Below the pieces are notes generated by a model that did not search any database, was not told the DNA's origin, and saw only the letters and a program-made list of their open reading frames with translations. DNA of 64,000 nucleotides from Abditibacterium sp. (GTDB lineage Bacteria > Armatimonadota > Abditibacteriia > Abditibacteriales > Abditibacteriaceae). Below are positions 39,335 through 49,050 of this stretch, piece after piece. A program made the translations under genes and the position numbers. The stretch is from assembly GCA_965199495.1 (NCBI GenBank), contig CBDASK010000003.1, forward strand, positions 3,424,001 through 3,488,000, read 5' to 3'. Position 1 is the first letter of the stretch, and the number at the start of each line of letters is the position of its first letter.

Positions 39335-39928
39335 ATGCTCCCCGTCGCCTTAAATCTTGCCAATCGCCGCGTGTTAATCGTCGGCGGCGGCGCCGTGGCT
39401 GCTCGCAAGGCGGCGGCGTGTTTAGATGCGGGCGCGCAGGTTTCGATTGTCGCGCCTGCTTTAATCGAAAATTTTCCAGCGCCCGTTGAACATCTCGCGC
39501 GCTCTTATCAACGCGGCGATTGCGCAAATTACGATTTGGTTTTCGCTGCCACCAACAGCAGCCACGTCAACCGACAAATCGGTGAAGAGGCGCGCAGTAA
39601 CAAGATTTGGTGCAACATCGCCGACGATCCCGAAGCGTCCGATTTTCATACGCAAAGCGTGGTGCGGCGCGGTCAAATCGAAATCGGCGTTTCGACCGGA
39701 CGTTTGAGTCCGGTTTTGGCGCGCCATCTGCGCGAGCGCATCGAAGCGGTCGTCGGGCCGGGATATGACGCGTTACAAACTCTGGCGAGCGAAATTGAAG
39801 TGCCGCTTGCCAAACGTGGCGAGTTCTGGCGCGCTGTTTTGAACAGCGAAGTTTTAGATTTACTGCGCGCCGGAAAAGACGAAACGGCGCGTGCGCGGCT
39901 TGGCGAACTGCTGGAAAAGGTAAAATAG
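39335..39928 (+). CDS. precorrin-2 dehydrogenase / sirohydrochlorin ferrochelatase
   Basis: IVGGGAVAARK, AAT, NIADDP, STGRLSP. Confidence 0.9.
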   Translation: MLPVALNLANRRVLIVGGGAVAARKAAACLDAGAQVSIVAPALIENFPAPVEHLARSYQRGDCANYDLVFAATNSSHVNRQIGEEARSNKIWCNIADDPEASDFHTQSVVRRGQIEIGVSTGRLSPVLARHLRERIEAVVGPGYDALQTLASEIEVPLAKRGEFWRAVLNSEVLDLLRAGKDETARARLGELLEKVK

Positions 39929-39943
39929 AACGCGCCCCCATTT

Positions 39944-41227
39944 ATGTTGCATCTGCTTGGACTGAACCACAAAACCGCGCCCGTCGAAGTGCGCGAGCGG
40001 TTCGCGTTGTCGGCGCCCCGGCAAATCGGGCACGCGCTGAGTTACGTGCGCGGCGTGGCTGGCATTCGCGAGGCGGCGATTTTATCCACTTGCAATCGCG
40101 TCGAGATTTACGCGTGGGGCGATGCCAACGCGGGCGCGCAGTTGCGCGCTTCGATGCACGATTATCACGAATTTGGACAAGGCGCGAGCGACGATATTTT
40201 TTATGCGCGCGCGGGCGATGACGCCGCCAATCATCTGTTTCGCGTCGCATCAGGTTTGGATTCGCTCGTTCTGGGCGAGGCCGAAATTTTGGGACAAGTC
40301 AAAGTCGCGCTGGAAAATTCGCGCTTCAACGGAAGCGGTGGCCCAGCTTTGGATGAACTGTTTCGGCGCGCCATCGGTTGCGGCAAACGCGCGCGCAGCG
40401 AAACCGCGATTTCGCGCGGCGGTTTGAGCGTGGGCGCGGCGGCGGTCGAACTGGCGCGTCAGATTTTCGGCGATTTGCGCGGGCGCACGGTTTTGATTTT
40501 GGGCGCCGGAAAAATGTCGGCGCGCGTGGCGCAGTGTCTGGTTTCGAGCGGCGCCCATCGCGTTTTGGTCGCCAATCGCACCTTCGAGCGCGCGCAGGAA
40601 TTGGCCCGCGAATTCAGCGACGCCAACGCGCCGTCGCACGCCGTGATGTGGGACGAATTTCCCGAAAAATTGGTCGAGGCTGATATTGTTATCGCCTCGA
40701 CGCGCGCGCCGCATTATGTCGTCACGCGCGAACAGATTGCGGCGGTCGCGCGCCGTCGCCGCCGCTCGTTGCTCTTAATTGACATCGCCGTGCCGCGCGA
40801 TATTGACCCTAAATGCAACGAGTTAGACGATGTGTTTTGTTTCGATATTGACGATTTGCAAGATGTCGTCGAGAACAATCGCGGCGGGCGCTCAGGCGAA
40901 GTGGCGGCTGTCGAGGCGATTATCGCGCAGGAAATCGAAAGTTGGAACGGTTGGACGCGCGCCCACGACGCGCGCCCGGTGATGGCGGCGCTGGCACGTA
41001 AAGCCGCTCAGGTGCGCGAAAACGAATTGGAAACGACGCTGGCCAAATTGTCTCATCTCAGCGACAAAGACCGCGCGGCTATCGAAGCGATGGCGCGCGC
41101 GATTTCGCAGAAAATCGTTCACGCGCCATTATCGCATTTGCGCAATGGCGGCGAGGCCGACGCCGAAATACTCGCGCGCGCCTTCGATTTAGGTGACGGA
41201 GCATCCGCGAGCGGAGGTGACGCGTAA
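39944..41227 (+). CDS. hemA: glutamyl-tRNA reductase
   Basis: HKTAPVEVRE, STCNRVE, GLDSLVLGEAEILGQ, GAGKM, DIAVPRDI. Confidence 0.97.
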   Translation: MLHLLGLNHKTAPVEVRERFALSAPRQIGHALSYVRGVAGIREAAILSTCNRVEIYAWGDANAGAQLRASMHDYHEFGQGASDDIFYARAGDDAANHLFRVASGLDSLVLGEAEILGQVKVALENSRFNGSGGPALDELFRRAIGCGKRARSETAISRGGLSVGAAAVELARQIFGDLRGRTVLILGAGKMSARVAQCLVSSGAHRVLVANRTFERAQELAREFSDANAPSHAVMWDEFPEKLVEADIVIASTRAPHYVVTREQIAAVARRRRRSLLLIDIAVPRDIDPKCNELDDVFCFDIDDLQDVVENNRGGRSGEVAAVEAIIAQEIESWNGWTRAHDARPVMAALARKAAQVRENELETTLAKLSHLSDKDRAAIEAMARAISQKIVHAPLSHLRNGGEADAEILARAFDLGDGASASGGDA

Positions 41228-41228
41228 A

Positions 41229-42065
41229 ATGGAGTTTCTCGCGCGCGCCGAAGCGCCGTTATTAATGCTGTCGTGCGTAGCAGCCACGGCGGCGATGCTG
41301 TTGTTCTGGATTCAACTGTTATTGTGGCCCGCCGCTCAAAACGAAAGTCCGCGTTACAATCCTGCGCAAATCGGGCGCGTTTTGCTGTGGAGCGGTGCGG
41401 TTTTTCAATTGCTTTCCTTAGCCGGACAAGGCCCGGAATTGTTTATGCAACGCGCGGGCGTCGTCGGGTTGTTTGGCTGGATTTTGATCGTTTCCTATCT
41501 CGTCGGCGGCAAGCGATTGGGCGTGGGCAGTGGCGCTTTGGTCGCGTCGGTCGCGCTGTGCGCGTTGCTCTATTCGCTGGCGGCGCCGGTTCACCAGACG
41601 TGGGCGCCCGACGGCAATCTCGAAAGTTTTTGGCTGGCCACGCACGTTTTCCTCATCGTTGCCGCTTATGTCGCGCTCGCGTTCGCGTTCGTGGCGTCGT
41701 TGCTCTATTTAGTGCAGGAAGGTTTGCTCAAGCGCAAGAAATTGACGGGACTATGGCAAAAATTGCCATCGCTGGGCGCCGCCGACGAATGGATTTTTCG
41801 CGCGACCGCTTTTGGTGTGGCGCTACTGACTTTGGGTTTAATCACAGGCGTGGCGTTTTCGAGCGTGCAAATCGCGGGATACGCGCCCTTAGCGGATCCG
41901 AAAGTTTTGTTTTCGGGCGCGACTTGGGCGATCTTCGCGGCTTATCTCGTCACGCGTTGGCAATGGGGCTGGCACGGACGGCGCTCTAATCTGGTCGTGA
42001 TTTATGGTTTCGTCGTGCTGGCCGTTTCGTTTTTCGGCGTGCCACACTTGGTGCCGGGCGGCTAA
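41229..42065 (+). CDS. CcsA/HemX-family heme-handling membrane protein
   Basis: HV, LYLVQE..LK.K, LPSL, DPKV, GWHGRR; lies between hemA and hemC. Confidence 0.85.
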   Translation: MEFLARAEAPLLMLSCVAATAAMLLFWIQLLLWPAAQNESPRYNPAQIGRVLLWSGAVFQLLSLAGQGPELFMQRAGVVGLFGWILIVSYLVGGKRLGVGSGALVASVALCALLYSLAAPVHQTWAPDGNLESFWLATHVFLIVAAYVALAFAFVASLLYLVQEGLLKRKKLTGLWQKLPSLGAADEWIFRATAFGVALLTLGLITGVAFSSVQIAGYAPLADPKVLFSGATWAIFAAYLVTRWQWGWHGRRSNLVVIYGFVVLAVSFFGVPHLVPGG

Positions 42066-42090
42066 TTGAAAGCGTCGTTGCTTTGCGTTC

Positions 42091-42188
42091 CGTAGAGACA
42101 CCGACTTGTCGTGTCTAAAATGTTGTGATTGCAGCCAACAATCTCGGTTTCATTAACGTTTTAGACACGACAAGTCGGTGTCTCTACG
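42091..42188. repeat. GTAG-type REP doublet (variant B)
   Basis: cgtagagacaccgacttgtcgtgtctaaaa ... ttttagacacgacaagtcggtgtctctacg. Confidence 0.92.
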
Positions 42189-42209
42189 AGAAAGAAATCT
42201 AATTTAGAT

Positions 42210-43139
42210 ATGAAAACTTTAACGATGGGCACGCGCGGCAGCGCTTTAGCTTTGGCGCAGGCGCGCGGGTTCGCGCGCGATTTGGAAGCGTTGCATCCCG
42301 ACCTCAAAGTCGAGGAGCGCATTATTCGCACGACGGGCGACAAGCAGCAAGGCCAACCGTTGCCCGAAATCGGTGGCAAAGGCGTGTTCACGCTTGAAAT
42401 CGAGGACGCATTGCTCAACGGTTCGATTGACTTCGCGGTTCACTCGCTCAAAGATTTGCCGCCGACGATGCCCGAAGGTTTGGTTTTGGCGTGCGTGCCT
42501 CTGCGCGAAAGTCCCGCCGATGCGCTGATTTTGCGCTCGGACTCTGAAACTTGGGAAAGCGCCAATGCCGAATTGCCCGAACTGCCGATGGGCGCGCGCG
42601 TCGGCACATCGAGTCTGCGCCGCGCCGCAATGTTGCGGCATATTCGGCCCGATTTGGTCATTGAAAGTGTGCGCGGCAACGTCGAAACGCGTTTGATGAA
42701 ACTCGAAACGCAGGGCTTTCACGCGATTGTTCTGGCGCGCGCCGGTTTGCGGCGCTTGGAAGTTGAAGGCGCGGACGCGCGCAATTTGCCGGAAAGTTGG
42801 TTTATTCCCGCGCCCGGTCAAGGCGCTTTAGCGATTCAAAGTCGCATTGATGATGTGAATACGCGCGCGATTTTGCTGGGCCTCGAAGACGCAGCCACGC
42901 GCGCCGCCATCGAAGCCGAACGCGCGATTGTCAGCGAATTGAACGCCGGATGTTCGACGCCTTTGGGCGCTCTGGCGCGCGCTTATGGCGATGCGCTTTC
43001 GATTAACGCCGCCGTTTTGTCGCCCGACGGAACGCGCCGCATTTCGGTCAACGTGCAGGGTAGCGGCGCGCCCGAAATCATCGGCAAACGCGCGGCGCAA
43101 TCGTTGATGGATAAGGGCGCGCTCGAATTGTTGGTTTGA
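42210..43139 (+). CDS. hemC: hydroxymethylbilane synthase
   Basis: GTRGSALALAQ, GKGVF, VHSLKDLP, GTSSLRR, RGNV, PAPGQGAL, GC. Confidence 0.97.
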   Translation: MKTLTMGTRGSALALAQARGFARDLEALHPDLKVEERIIRTTGDKQQGQPLPEIGGKGVFTLEIEDALLNGSIDFAVHSLKDLPPTMPEGLVLACVPLRESPADALILRSDSETWESANAELPELPMGARVGTSSLRRAAMLRHIRPDLVIESVRGNVETRLMKLETQGFHAIVLARAGLRRLEVEGADARNLPESWFIPAPGQGALAIQSRIDDVNTRAILLGLEDAATRAAIEAERAIVSELNAGCSTPLGALARAYGDALSINAAVLSPDGTRRISVNVQGSGAPEIIGKRAAQSLMDKGALELLV

Positions 43140-43163
43140 AATAATCGGGAAAATCCCTGTTTT

Positions 43164-43292
43164 CAAGCGAATAAATTCGCGGCAACATAGAGCAAAGTCC
43201 GCCTGCGCGGACTAAAATTCTTACCTTGAAAGATTCGCCCGCAGTCCGCGCAGGCGGACTTTGCTCTATGTTGCCGCGAATTTATTCGCTTG
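43164..43292. repeat. REP-like element with 50-bp perfect inverted arms, each holding two small hairpins
   Basis: caagcgaataaattcgcggcaacatagagcaaagtccgcctgcgcggact and its reverse complement at 43243-43292. Confidence 0.92.
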
Positions 43293-43311
43293 GACGTGCA
43301 ACCTATCCCTT

Positions 43312-44799
43312 ATGTCTTCTCTCGTTTCTCTCGTCGGCGCTGGCCCCGGCGATCCCGGACTTCTCACCCGTCGCGGTTTGCAACGCCTGCAAACCTGCGA
43401 TGTTTTAATCTACGACGCCCTCGTCGGCGCCGAATTGCCGACATTGGCGCGCGCCGATGCCGAATTGATTTACGTCGGCAAACGCGCCGGGCATCATTCG
43501 ATGACGCAGGAAGAAATCAACGAAGTCATTGTTAAACACGCGCGCGACGGCAAAACCGTGTGCCGCCTTAAAGGCGGCGATCCGTTCGTCTTCGGGCGCG
43601 GCGGCGAAGAAGCCTTGTTTTGTCGCGAAAACGATGTTCCGTTCGAGATCGTGCCCGGCGTGACTTCTTCGATTGCCGCGCCCGCTTACGCTGGAATTCC
43701 CGTCACGCACCGCGACGTGGCGGCCTCGTTCGCCGTGGTGACTGGACACACCGCCAGTGACGACGCGCCGCCCGAAAAATTCCCCGTCGCCGATACGCTC
43801 GTGTTTTTGATGGGCGTGCGCGCCCTACCAAAAATCGTGGAGCGACTCAAAGAGCGCGGCGAAAGCGACGACAAACCGGTCGCGCTCGTGCGCTGGGGCA
43901 CGACGACCGAGCAGCAAACCGTCGTCGGAACTTTGGCGACAATCGAAAGCGAGGTCGAAAAAGCGGGACTCAAATCGCCCGCGCTCATCGTCGTCGGCGA
44001 TGTCGTGAATCTGCGCGACAAATTAAAATGGTTTGACCAGCGTCCGTTGTGGGGCCAAACCGTCGTCGTGACTCGCTCGCGCGAGCAGGCGTCGAGTTTG
44101 GTCGAAAATCTGGAACAGATGGGCGCGCGCGTGTTGCAGTGCCCGACAATTCACGTCGAACCGTTGCCGTTGACGCCCGAATTAGATATTCAAATCGCGG
44201 GGTTGGCGCGCTACAATTGGATCGTCTTTACTTCGACCAACGGCGTCGAAATGTTGTGGCGCCACTTGGACGAACGCCGCCTGGACGCGCGCATTTTCGG
44301 CTCGGCGCAAATCGCGGCGATTGGCCCGGCGACGGTCGCGGCGCTGAATACGCGCGGCATTAAACCCGATTTCGTGCCGGAAAGTTCGGTTTCGGAAAGC
44401 GTGGCGCAAGGCTTAATCGAACGCGGCGCCGATGCGGGCAAAACGCTCATCGTGCGCGCGCTCGAAACGCGCGAAGTCATCGAAACCGGGTTGCGCGAGG
44501 CGGGCGGCGATGTCGAAGCCGCGCCGGTTTATCGCACGTTGCCCGATTTATCGAACGTCGAAGCGACGCGCGCCGCTATCGAAAATGGCGAAGTCAATTG
44601 GGTTTCGTTTACTTCGAGTTCGACGGTGAAAAACTTCGTCGAAGCGTTGGGCGCCGATTTCGTCAAAGCCAATCGCGATAAATTTCGTGTCGCGGTCATT
44701 GGGCCGATTACGGCAAACAGCGCGCGCGAATATGGATTAACGCCCGATGTCGAAGCGGGGGCGGCGAGCGTCGAAGCGTTGGCGAGCGCATTGGTTTAA
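43312..44799 (+). CDS. cobA: uroporphyrinogen-III C-methyltransferase / uroporphyrinogen-III synthase fusion (CobA-HemD)
   Basis: VGAGPGDPGLLT, RLKGGDPFVFGRGGEE, then VTRSREQ, FTSTNGV, IGPAT, FTSSSTV. Confidence 0.93.
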   Translation: MSSLVSLVGAGPGDPGLLTRRGLQRLQTCDVLIYDALVGAELPTLARADAELIYVGKRAGHHSMTQEEINEVIVKHARDGKTVCRLKGGDPFVFGRGGEEALFCRENDVPFEIVPGVTSSIAAPAYAGIPVTHRDVAASFAVVTGHTASDDAPPEKFPVADTLVFLMGVRALPKIVERLKERGESDDKPVALVRWGTTTEQQTVVGTLATIESEVEKAGLKSPALIVVGDVVNLRDKLKWFDQRPLWGQTVVVTRSREQASSLVENLEQMGARVLQCPTIHVEPLPLTPELDIQIAGLARYNWIVFTSTNGVEMLWRHLDERRLDARIFGSAQIAAIGPATVAALNTRGIKPDFVPESSVSESVAQGLIERGADAGKTLIVRALETREVIETGLREAGGDVEAAPVYRTLPDLSNVEATRAAIENGEVNWVSFTSSSTVKNFVEALGADFVKANRDKFRVAVIGPITANSAREYGLTPDVEAGAASVEALASALV

Positions 44800-44807
44800 T
44801 CCGCAAT

Positions 44808-45422
44808 TCAACCCGGCAACGATTCATCGCGGTCAAACGGCAACGCTTCGTGCGGCGGCATTTCGTCGTCGGGAAACTGCTCGGCCCAATCGGCGCGCTC
44901 GGCTTCGTCGGCGTAATAGCGATTGTAGATAATCATTTCTTTCTCGCCGTAGCTGCCGATGGGCGAGGCGTGCCAGACCATGCCGGGCGTGTAATTCTCG
45001 CGTTGATGGAAATAATCGTCGCGCAGCCAGACATATAATTCGCGGTCGCTGAGGTGGTCGGTGTTTTCGTAGACCGCGCCGTTTTCGGCGCTCCAACGAA
45101 TGATTTCCCACAACTTCTCGTGCAATTGCGCATCGTCCAATTCGCTATCGTCGGGCATCGTGAGTGCGGCCACGGCGAGCTTGTCGTGCAATGTGGTGAG
45201 CGGCGCGCGCTCGAAAGCGACGACGTTTTCCCAGAACTCTTCCAAAATTTCACTGGGCGCATCGCTCGATTCGGATAGTGACATTTGGCCGCCCGTTAAT
45301 TCGTTCGCCTCGTTTTGGAGGCGATTAATGTTCATGCGACGTTCGGTTTCTTCGTGATTGAGTTCATCGGCGAACGGGTCGGTGTCGTCGAAATCGTCGG
45401 CGGGCAGGGGACTTTTGGGCAT
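44808..45422 (-). CDS. acidic hypothetical protein
   Basis: 204 aa with TDHLSDRELY..L and YY..E..R..W motifs. Confidence 0.75.
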   Translation of the reverse strand: MPKSPLPADDFDDTDPFADELNHEETERRMNINRLQNEANELTGGQMSLSESSDAPSEILEEFWENVVAFERAPLTTLHDKLAVAALTMPDDSELDDAQLHEKLWEIIRWSAENGAVYENTDHLSDRELYVWLRDDYFHQRENYTPGMVWHASPIGSYGEKEMIIYNRYYADEAERADWAEQFPDDEMPPHEALPFDRDESLPG

Positions 45423-45483
45423 CGTCGCAGTTTATATTCTGTCGAAGCCGACGGCGATTACGGGTGGTTTGCAAATTCAAAAG

Positions 45484-45520
45484 AAAAAGGCCCGTGCTTT
45501 ATAATCAGACGGGCCTTTTT
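45484..45520 (-). terminator. intrinsic terminator
   Basis: aaaaaggcccgt...acgggccttttt. Confidence 0.7.
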
Positions 45521-45537
45521 CTCTTTTGGGGATCACC

Positions 45538-46320
45538 TTAAAATATCTCGCCAAAAAACGATTTCATGCGCGCCCACGAGCGCGCGTCGGCTTGCGCGTT
45601 GTAGGCGGCGCCGGTCGAATTGTCGTTGCCCGCGTCTTTCTCGGTGAACGAGTGAACTGTATCGCCATACAAATCGACTTCGTAATTGACTTTGGCGGCC
45701 TTCATTTCGGCCATCAACGCCAAAACATCTTTCATCGGCGAAAACGGATCGTCGGCGCCGTGCAACACCAAAACTTTGCCCTTGATGTTTTTGGCATCGG
45801 CGGGCGTTGGCGTGTCGAGGGAACCGTGAAATGTGACGAAACCCTTTAAATCGGCGCCGCTCCGTGCCAGTTCGAGCGCCGTGCCGCCGCCGAAACAATA
45901 ACCAATTATCGCCAATTTATGCACGTCAACATTGGGCTGTTTGCGCAGTTCGATGACCGCCGCCCGCGCGCGATTGCGCAAAAGCGGGCGATTCGCTTTG
46001 TATTGGCCCGCCAATTTACCAGCTTCCGTTGTGTTCTTCGGACGCACGCCTTTGCCATAAATATCGAGGGCAAACGCGACATAACCCATTTTGGCGAGCA
46101 TGCGGGCGCGTTCTTTTTCGTAGTCGGTCAGGCCGAGCCATTGGTGCGCGACCAAAACGCCGGGACGCTTACCCTGAAAGGAATCGTCGTAAGCCAGATA
46201 ACCTTCGAGCGTTTTGCCGCCCTGTTTGTAATCCACATTTTTCGTGATCATTTTGGCGTGAGCCGTCGCCGTGGCTGCCGTGAAGACAACAGCGAGAGCG
46301 AGTAGGGGTTTCAATTTCAT
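45538..46320 (-). CDS. dienelactone hydrolase family protein, secreted
   Basis: GYCFGG, FHG, HGADDP, HSFT; signal peptide. Confidence 0.93.
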   Translation of the reverse strand: MKLKPLLALAVVFTAATATAHAKMITKNVDYKQGGKTLEGYLAYDDSFQGKRPGVLVAHQWLGLTDYEKERARMLAKMGYVAFALDIYGKGVRPKNTTEAGKLAGQYKANRPLLRNRARAAVIELRKQPNVDVHKLAIIGYCFGGGTALELARSGADLKGFVTFHGSLDTPTPADAKNIKGKVLVLHGADDPFSPMKDVLALMAEMKAAKVNYEVDLYGDTVHSFTEKDAGNDNSTGAAYNAQADARSWARMKSFFGEIF

Positions 46321-46426
46321 CGCGCGGATGTGGGGCAATTTAAACGCCGTTGTATTCGCTATTTCTGGCGCACCAAAATCAAGTGCGCGTGCGCGAGAGG
46401 GGCGATTTATCTCAAACTAAGCTGCG

Positions 46427-47629
46427 ATGCTCTATCCACTCAAGTTTGCGCCCGCGCTGAAGTTTTATCCCTATGGCGGACGCCGTTTTGTTGAAGTCCT
46501 CGAACTCGATTTGCCGCGCGACCGCGACATCGCCGAATCGTGGGAAATCGCCGACCGAGGCGAAGACCAATCCACCGTCGTCAACGGCCCCTTGGCCGGA
46601 CAATCGGTGCGCGATCTGATGAACAGCCACGGCGCCGAACTGGTCGGCGGCGAAGTTCACGCGCGCTATGGCGATTATTTCCCGCTTTTGATTAAATTTC
46701 TCGATTGCGACAAGCGTTTGCCCGCGCATATGCACCCGTCCGACACGACGGCGCTGGCGCTGGGCATGAAAGATTGCGGCAAATCCGAGGCATGGTATAT
46801 GGTGCGCAGCGACGCCGGAGCGTTCGCTTATTGCGGTGCCAAACCCGGTTTGACGCCCGAAAAATTCGCGCAAGCCATTACCGATGGCGATACCTACGAT
46901 GCGGTAATGAAGAAAATTCCGACGCGCACCGGCGATTGTTATTTCGTGCCGCCCCAACGTTTGCACGGTTTGGACGGCGGCAATTTGGCTTTTGAAGTTC
47001 AGCAAAACTCCGACGCTGGTTTCGGCTGGGATTGGGCCGGGTTTGTCGAAGCTGGCGTTGTTACAGCCGAAGACGCCGAGCGCCATAAAAAATTGGCTGT
47101 CGAATACGCCTTATACGAAGACGGCATTCAGGAACAGACGCGCCAAGTCACGCTCGAAGACGGCGGCAACGAGCGCACGTTTTGTTGCGCTTGTCGCTAT
47201 TTTGTGCTGGAAAACATGAAAATTCGCGGCAACACGCAATTCACCGACGCGCAAAATCGCTTCAACACTTTCACGCTGATTAACGGCGCGGCCACGATTA
47301 GCGGCGGCGGCGAAACCGTGTTCGCCAAACGCGGCGAAAGTTTGATTATCCCGGCGAACGTCGAAATCGAAATCGCGCCGAACTCGTTGACCAACGCGGG
47401 CGAAGTCGAAATTTTGCGCTGTTACGTGCCCGATTTGCAACGCGATGTCGTGGATTTCCTGCGCCACTCGAACGTGTCGGACAAAGAAATCGCGTGGCTG
47501 GGTTCGTATGGCGTGGGCAACGATTTGTTGCCTCTGCTCGATTTGCCGCAGGATTTGTTCAACACCGATATGGCGGAGCGTCACGAAGCCGCGCTCGAAC
47601 ACAAAGCCTCGCGCGACGAGACTTCGTAA
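46427..47629 (+). CDS. type I mannose-6-phosphate isomerase-like cupin protein
   Basis: ESWE, FPLLIKFLD, HP, GKSEAWY, EVQQNSD. Confidence 0.88.
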   Translation: MLYPLKFAPALKFYPYGGRRFVEVLELDLPRDRDIAESWEIADRGEDQSTVVNGPLAGQSVRDLMNSHGAELVGGEVHARYGDYFPLLIKFLDCDKRLPAHMHPSDTTALALGMKDCGKSEAWYMVRSDAGAFAYCGAKPGLTPEKFAQAITDGDTYDAVMKKIPTRTGDCYFVPPQRLHGLDGGNLAFEVQQNSDAGFGWDWAGFVEAGVVTAEDAERHKKLAVEYALYEDGIQEQTRQVTLEDGGNERTFCCACRYFVLENMKIRGNTQFTDAQNRFNTFTLINGAATISGGGETVFAKRGESLIIPANVEIEIAPNSLTNAGEVEILRCYVPDLQRDVVDFLRHSNVSDKEIAWLGSYGVGNDLLPLLDLPQDLFNTDMAERHEAALEHKASRDETS

Positions 47630-47634
47630 ATTAA

Positions 47635-47733
47635 CCGTAGAGACGCCGATTTATCGCGTCTAAAACCTAAGAGTTGCCACTATAATGAAAGCAGCTTCAA
47701 CGTTTTAGACGCGATAAATCGGCGTCTCTACGG
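47635..47733. repeat. GTAG-type REP doublet (variant A)
   Basis: ccgtagagacgccgatttatcgcgtctaaaac ... gttttagacgcgataaatcggcgtctctacgg. Confidence 0.92.
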
Positions 47734-47736
47734 GAG

Positions 47737-48573
47737 TTGAAAACAATGAACTCCATTCACTTTGCCCTCGCCCTAATGGCAGCCACGGCGCCACTGGTTA
47801 CGCCCGCCGTGGCTGCACCTTCGACCGATACCATCGCCGCCAAAGGCGCGCCGATTGTTGTGACCGCGCTCGTTCACGCCTCGACGCTGCTGCAATACGG
47901 CCCGCTCACGATTTACGTTGATCCGGTCGCTGGCCCAACTTACACACGCAAAGCCGACGCGATTCTCATTACGCATTCGCATCCCGACCATCTCGATTTG
48001 GCGACGATTCGTAAAGTTCTCAAACCCGGCGGCGTTTTGATCGGTTCGCGCGGAACCGCCGATCAATTGGGACAAGTCACGGGCGCCGACCGGCGGATTC
48101 TGGGTTATTATCAGGGCACAAATTTTAGCTACGCAGGGCGTCTGGCCGGTTTCAATCCGGGCCAAGTCAAAGTGCGCGCCGTGCCCGCTTACAACATCGT
48201 GCGCGGACCGAAGCAGGGCCAGAAGTATCATCCGAAATATATTTTCGATGGCTACGTTTTAACGATGGGCGGCAAGCACATTTACTTCGCGGGCGATACC
48301 GAAAACACGCCCGAAATGCGCGATTTAAAGGATATTGACGCCGCGTTTTTGCCGATGAATTTGCCTTACACCATGACGCCCGACGAAGCAGCCACGGCGG
48401 CTAAGGCGTTTCGGCCAAAAGTGGTTTATCCCTATCATTTTCGCTATCCGTTCGATAAGCCAAGCGGCAACGCCGAGAAATTCGCCGCCGATATGAAAGG
48501 TTCGGGGGTTCAAGTCAAGATTTTGGATTGGTATCCGCGCGCCGCCGTCGCGAAGATGATGAATAAAAAATGA
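47737..48573 (+). CDS. secreted MBL-fold metallo-hydrolase
   Basis: ITHSHPDH, AGDT, PYH motifs; signal peptide. Confidence 0.9.
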   Translation: MKTMNSIHFALALMAATAPLVTPAVAAPSTDTIAAKGAPIVVTALVHASTLLQYGPLTIYVDPVAGPTYTRKADAILITHSHPDHLDLATIRKVLKPGGVLIGSRGTADQLGQVTGADRRILGYYQGTNFSYAGRLAGFNPGQVKVRAVPAYNIVRGPKQGQKYHPKYIFDGYVLTMGGKHIYFAGDTENTPEMRDLKDIDAAFLPMNLPYTMTPDEAATAAKAFRPKVVYPYHFRYPFDKPSGNAEKFAADMKGSGVQVKILDWYPRAAVAKMMNKK

Positions 48574-48577
48574 GAAT

Positions 48578-48913
48578 TTATTTCTCGTTTTTCAATTCGA
48601 TGACGATGTTGCGATAGAAATTATCGCCGACGTTGACCAGACGATTATGTACGATACCTTCGCCCGCTTCGTGAAAAACGACTAAACCATCGTCGTATTG
48701 CACGGCGCGGTCGTGTTCGGGCTGACCCGGCACAATGTGTTTGAGCGAGCCGCCATCGGTGACGACAAAGAGAAAATCGTCGCGGTGAATATGCTTTTCC
48801 AAGAATTCGCCCGGTTGCAGCGCCAAATCCCACACGCGCACGCGGTCGTTCTCGAAGAGTAGGCGCGTGCCCACGTTTTGGGTGGGAGCGATGTCAGGGT
48901 TTGGCGATTCCAT
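48578..48913 (-). CDS. cupin domain protein
   Basis: LFENDRVRVW, H.H, H...N and IELK motifs. Confidence 0.85.
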   Translation of the reverse strand: MESPNPDIAPTQNVGTRLLFENDRVRVWDLALQPGEFLEKHIHRDDFLFVVTDGGSLKHIVPGQPEHDRAVQYDDGLVVFHEAGEGIVHNRLVNVGDNFYRNIVIELKNEK

Positions 48914-49010
48914 TGGTTGTAAAATTAGCTGCTCCGAGACAATCGTTTGTTCAATTGGCCGGAATGATGAAAGTGAAAAGAAGTCGCAACACGAACGGGG
49001 GAAATGCGAG

Positions 49011-49040
49011 TGGCCGGTGAACTTTTGGGTTCACCGGCCA
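49011..49040 (-). terminator. hairpin downstream of tRNA-Leu
   Basis: tggccggtgaac-ttttgg-gttcaccggcca. Confidence 0.65.
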
Positions 49041-49050
49041 ACTGGAAAAT

